A stretch of 64,000 nt of DNA from positions 174,988,057 through 175,052,056 of the forward strand of contig NC_092374.1 of assembly GCF_030028105.1 (NCBI RefSeq), read 5' to 3'. The stretch comes from Mobula birostris (lineage: Eukaryota). The notes under the pieces were generated by a model that searched no databases, had not been told where the DNA came from, and saw nothing but the letters and a program-made list of their open reading frames with translations. Shown here in pieces: positions 62,813 through 64,000 of this stretch (positions are counted from its first letter, which is position 1; every line of letters starts with the position of its first letter). Both the position numbers and the translations under genes were made by a program.

Positions 62813-63085
62813 GGATCCACACTATCCAGTTGATGTACGGTTGTGAGCTCCATGACGACGGGACCACCGCTGGGTTCATGCAGTACGGCTGGGACGGGTC
62901 AGACCTGATCAGCTTCGACAAGGACCGGATGGTGTGGGTGACCCCTGTGCCCTGGGGTGTCATCACCAAGGACAAGTGGGACCAGAACACGGCCAGGAAC
63001 CAGCAGTTCAAGGGATACCTAGAGCAGACCTGCGTCGAGTGGCTGAAGAAGTACGTTCAAGATGGGGGGAGTCACCTGGAGCCCA
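62813..63085 (+). CDS. MHC class I gene B alpha2 exon
   Basis: GIHTIQLMYGCELHDDGTTAGFMQYGWDGSDLISFDKDRMVWVTPVPWGVITKDKWDQNTARNQQFKGYLEQTCVEWLKKYVQDGGSHLEP; 273 nt. Confidence 0.95.
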
Positions 63086-63260
63086 GTAAGTGGTGGTGGC
63101 GTCCGGTGTGTGTCTGTGGGGTGGGGGTGGAATGGTGGGTTGGCGTGTGCTGGGAGTTTTCCGTGTGTGTTATGCATGTCTGGGGGGTAGGGTCAGTATG
63201 TGAGTGGAGGGATCAGTGTTTTTACGCGAGTACCCCCCGCACTGTCTCCTCTCACTGCAG

Positions 63261-63524
63261 ATCCCCCCGAAGTCTCCTTTATCACCTCGCTGGATAACCG
63301 CCACCTCTCCTGTGTGGCCACTGGCTTCTACCCTCAGTCCATCGACGTGACTATTCTGCGGGACGGCCGGATCCTGGAGGAGACCCATTCCCACGAGATC
63401 CTCCCCAATCACGACAACACCTACCAGCTGACCAGGACGGTGCGGGTGGAGCCCACGGACACAGGAAAGTTCTCCTGTCGGGTGGAACACCGGGGTCTCC
63501 CCAAGCCCCTCATCCTGTTCCTGG
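63261..63524 (+). CDS. MHC class I gene B alpha3 exon
   Basis: PPEVSFITSLDNRHLSCVATGFYP..FSCRVEHRGLPKPLILFL G|GTAAG; 264 nt. Confidence 0.95.
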
Positions 63525-63786
63525 GTAAGAGACACTCACCGGTGGGGCGGTACAGAGGCAGGGAGAGAGAGGGAGCACTGGTGACCACTGGCCTTGGTGT
63601 GGATAGAGGGAGGGGGGTCAGAGGTGCTAAGACAGGATGATGGGCCTTGAATAGGATGAAAAGACCGGGGAAGTCAGTCTCCCTCTGTTGGACAGAAGGG
63701 TGTAAGGTGGGGGAAAGTTGGTGTGGAAACAGACTGGGAATCTTGGTCCCTGTGCCTAACCGACTGTTTCTCTGAAACTTGGCCAG

Positions 63787-63894
63787 TTCTGAAGTCCAGC
63801 TATATACCTCTCATGGTCATTGCCGTGCTCGTGGTCCTGGTGATCCTGGTCGTCTTCGCTGACGTTGTGAGTTATCCCTTCTACAAGAAGAAAG
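63787..63894 (+). CDS. MHC class I gene B transmembrane exon
   Basis: VLKSSYIPLMVIAVLVVLVILVVFADVVSYPFYKKK G|GTAGG; 108 nt, phase 1-1. The cytoplasmic exons lie beyond the window. Confidence 0.88.
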
Positions 63895-64000
63895 GTAGGA
63901 CTGGAGGGAGATGTACTGTTCCCCAGGGGAAGTGAGTTTGGGAAGGAGAATGTCGTCTCGGCACTCCAGCCTCTCTACTCAAAAGGATGCCCTGTCCTCA

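Overview
Eukaryotic, repeat-dense, intron-containing DNA. The repeat families and class I sequence style point to a cartilaginous fish, probably a ray (inference). Most long six-frame ORFs are transposon fragments, read-through of spliced exons, or spurious. The window holds two + strand MHC class I heavy-chain genes. Gene B (56158 to beyond the window end) is conventional: leader, alpha1, alpha2, alpha3, TM. Gene A (23142-46323) is unusual. One promoter and leader exon are followed by three head-to-tail ~3.74-3.93 kb duplicated units, each with an open alpha1-alpha2-alpha3 exon set, then cytoplasmic-tail exons, with no recognisable intact TM exon. All internal exons are phase 1-1, so one transcript could encode an ~838-aa, three-groove, possibly secreted class I chain, or cassettes could be used alternatively. 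The left end carries broken TAP2/ABCB9-like exons in both orientations. Other content: a GNL2 processed pseudogene nested in a decayed chromovirus, a Gmr1-type Gypsy, an ERV pol/env remnant, Penelope-like fold-back elements with hammerhead motifs and target-site duplications (TSDs), and CR1, L1, Tx1, Rex/Babar, RTE LINE and V-SINE fragments. Exon coordinates were read by hand from GT/AG sites; TE boundaries are approximate.
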